From Candidatus Anderseniibacteriota bacterium (GTDB lineage Bacteria > Patescibacteriota > Andersenbacteria > UBA10190), in contig JAIOOW010000003.1 of assembly GCA_021414205.1 (NCBI GenBank), positions 364,365 through 428,364 of the forward strand: DNA of 64,000 bases. The letters run 5' to 3'. This document shows positions 62,728-64,000 of the stretch, in pieces. The position numbers and the translations under genes were made by a program. The notes under the pieces were generated by a model that worked only from the letters and a program-made list of their open reading frames with translations, was not told the origin of the DNA and did no database searches. Every line of letters starts with the position of its first letter. Within the stretch, counting starts at the first letter, position 1.

Positions 62728-64000
62728 CTAATACGCCTTTACCAGCGCCACGCCGTAGAAGTAGTACGTGAGGATTTGTTTAAATGTCCAGTTCTTTGCC
62801 TTTGCGAATCCATAGGCACCCTGCGCGCTCATGCCGACGCAATGGCCGTTACAATGGGTTGTTACGTGGTATGGGTCAGCAACAGAACGTTGGAGGTATG
62901 GGAATCGATCTGTACCCCACTCTTCTTTCGCCGTATGAGTTCTGCCGTCAGAATCAGAGAAGTATATAGATGCAATCGGCTGAGTTTGCTCCTTATTCAC
63001 AACGATGATTCCGCGCACCTTATTAAATAGGTTGCTCATGCGAGGCGTAATAATTTCATATTCGTAGCCCCTGTAAATTTGGTCATTCGGAGTATTGGTG
63101 ATGTCGAAATCGTTATACAGCGATCGTCCACCAGTTACGATTTTGTGATACAGCACATACGTTCGCGCGGCAATTCCGAGCGCTTCTACGTATTGTTCCG
63201 GGCCTTCTCCTGATGTTTCTCCTAATCCGCGCAGGTATAATTCGGTGCGCAGTTCGTTGATAGCCCAAAGCTGATTACAATTGTCGCACTTTCTAATTTC
63301 GATGACGCCACGGAAGCGATTATAGTTTTTGCCTTTGTAGGTAACCGACGGGTCGCTGTAGCTTACGATTTCCATGATTGCGCCGTTAAGCGGAACGAAT
63401 CGAATTTTATTTGCAGTATCAAAGCTCTTTCCAGCTCCGCGAACGTGATATTTCCCGCCAGACCAGCTTACTGCAACATTCTGCCCGGCTTTTATTGTTG
63501 CGAGAACTTTATCTGCGCCTTCTCGAATTTGAAAATTGTTATTCGCCGTAACCGTAATCGCTGATCCATTCGTATTTGTTATTCCGATTCGAACCGTGTC
63601 TCCTGCCGGATTGCCATCAATTCCATCAATTGCTTTTTTGGGAATTGAAGTAGAAGAAGTTGTCTTAGTGCTGTTTGCTGTTTTTCCGCAAATATACGGT
63701 GAGCCGATACGTTTCTTCTGGAGCTTCGTATATTGCATTGAAGATAATAGTTTTTCTTCAGAGGTAATCTCTCCGCAAGAAATTCTTGCTCTCCACCACG
63801 CTTTCTCGGCCTCTGTCGGATTATTGCCAAAGATTTTTATAAAATCCGGCAGAACATTAATAATGAGCTGCTGTTTTACAGCAGAAGAGACTGTGGCCGC
63901 AGCCGTGCTTGTTGTTTTTCCGCAAATATTCGGAGACCCAATTCTCGTCTTCAAGCTTTTTGTGTATTGCATTGAAGATAATAGTTTTTCTTCAGATGTA
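62728..64000 (-). CDS. SpoIID/LytB-family lytic transglycosylase with upstream 78-aa repeats; 5' end outside the window
   Basis: IN....E.YLRG..E, AARTY, DQIYRG, GHCVGMS..GA and ILTYYF motifs; frame open to the window edge. Confidence 0.85.
   Translation of the reverse strand, partial: TSEEKLLSSMQYTKSLKTRIGSPNICGKTTSTAAATVSSAVKQQLIINVLPDFIKIFGNNPTEAEKAWWRARISCGEITSEEKLLSSMQYTKLQKKRIGSPYICGKTANSTKTTSSTSIPKKAIDGIDGNPAGDTVRIGITNTNGSAITVTANNNFQIREGADKVLATIKAGQNVAVSWSGGKYHVRGAGKSFDTANKIRFVPLNGAIMEIVSYSDPSVTYKGKNYNRFRGVIEIRKCDNCNQLWAINELRTELYLRGLGETSGEGPEQYVEALGIAARTYVLYHKIVTGGRSLYNDFDITNTPNDQIYRGYEYEIITPRMSNLFNKVRGIIVVNKEQTQPIASIYFSDSDGRTHTAKEEWGTDRFPYLQRSVADPYHVTTHCNGHCVGMSAQGAYGFAKAKNWTFKQILTYYFYGVALVKAY
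63677..63998. repeat. 234-bp-period intragenic repeat
   Basis: 63731-63762 identical to 63965-63996; KLLSSMQYTK...RIGSP.ICGKT occurs twice. Confidence 0.85.

Noticed and set aside
1-64000. CRISPR array, tRNA/rRNA genes, IS, integrase or integron attC sites
   Set aside because: No regularly spaced repeats, cloverleafs or recombinase motifs seen by eye; cassette hairpins look like ordinary terminators
1-64000. Alternative genetic code (UGA=Gly)
   Set aside because: Core genes are full-length under code 11, and TGA ends genes such as frr, secF and scpB at expected positions

Overview
Bacterial chromosome segment, mostly on the minus strand, with a gene content typical of Patescibacteria/CPR (Parcubacteria-like). 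The taxonomy is inferred from short ProRS/AlaRS, an orphan baseplate-J protein, a VirD4-like ATPase, a sigma-r4/winged-helix protein and a membrane-anchored MurF-like ligase; standard code 11. Housekeeping content: lysS, greA, mreBCD-PBP2, proS, rseP, frr, secDF, secA, hpf, the infA-rpmJ-rpsMKD-rpoA-rplQ-rplM-rpsI operon, alaS, a partial dcw cluster, scpAB and a large surface-glycan region. Notable points: (1) a CIRCE-overlapped promoter that drives a ~180-nt structured, 6S-like ncRNA, converging on a ~90-nt hairpin sRNA (16145-16484). (2) Many housekeeping genes look leaderless, while eight orphan ORFs sit in self-contained promoter/SD/terminator cassettes between core genes, with shared or duplicated flanks. 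Two of these orphans are degenerate Clp-N and acyl-carrier-protein-like domains. (3) A probable CTG start for infA. (4) Very compact bidirectional promoters. All calls come from reading the sequence; no searches or folding programs were run.
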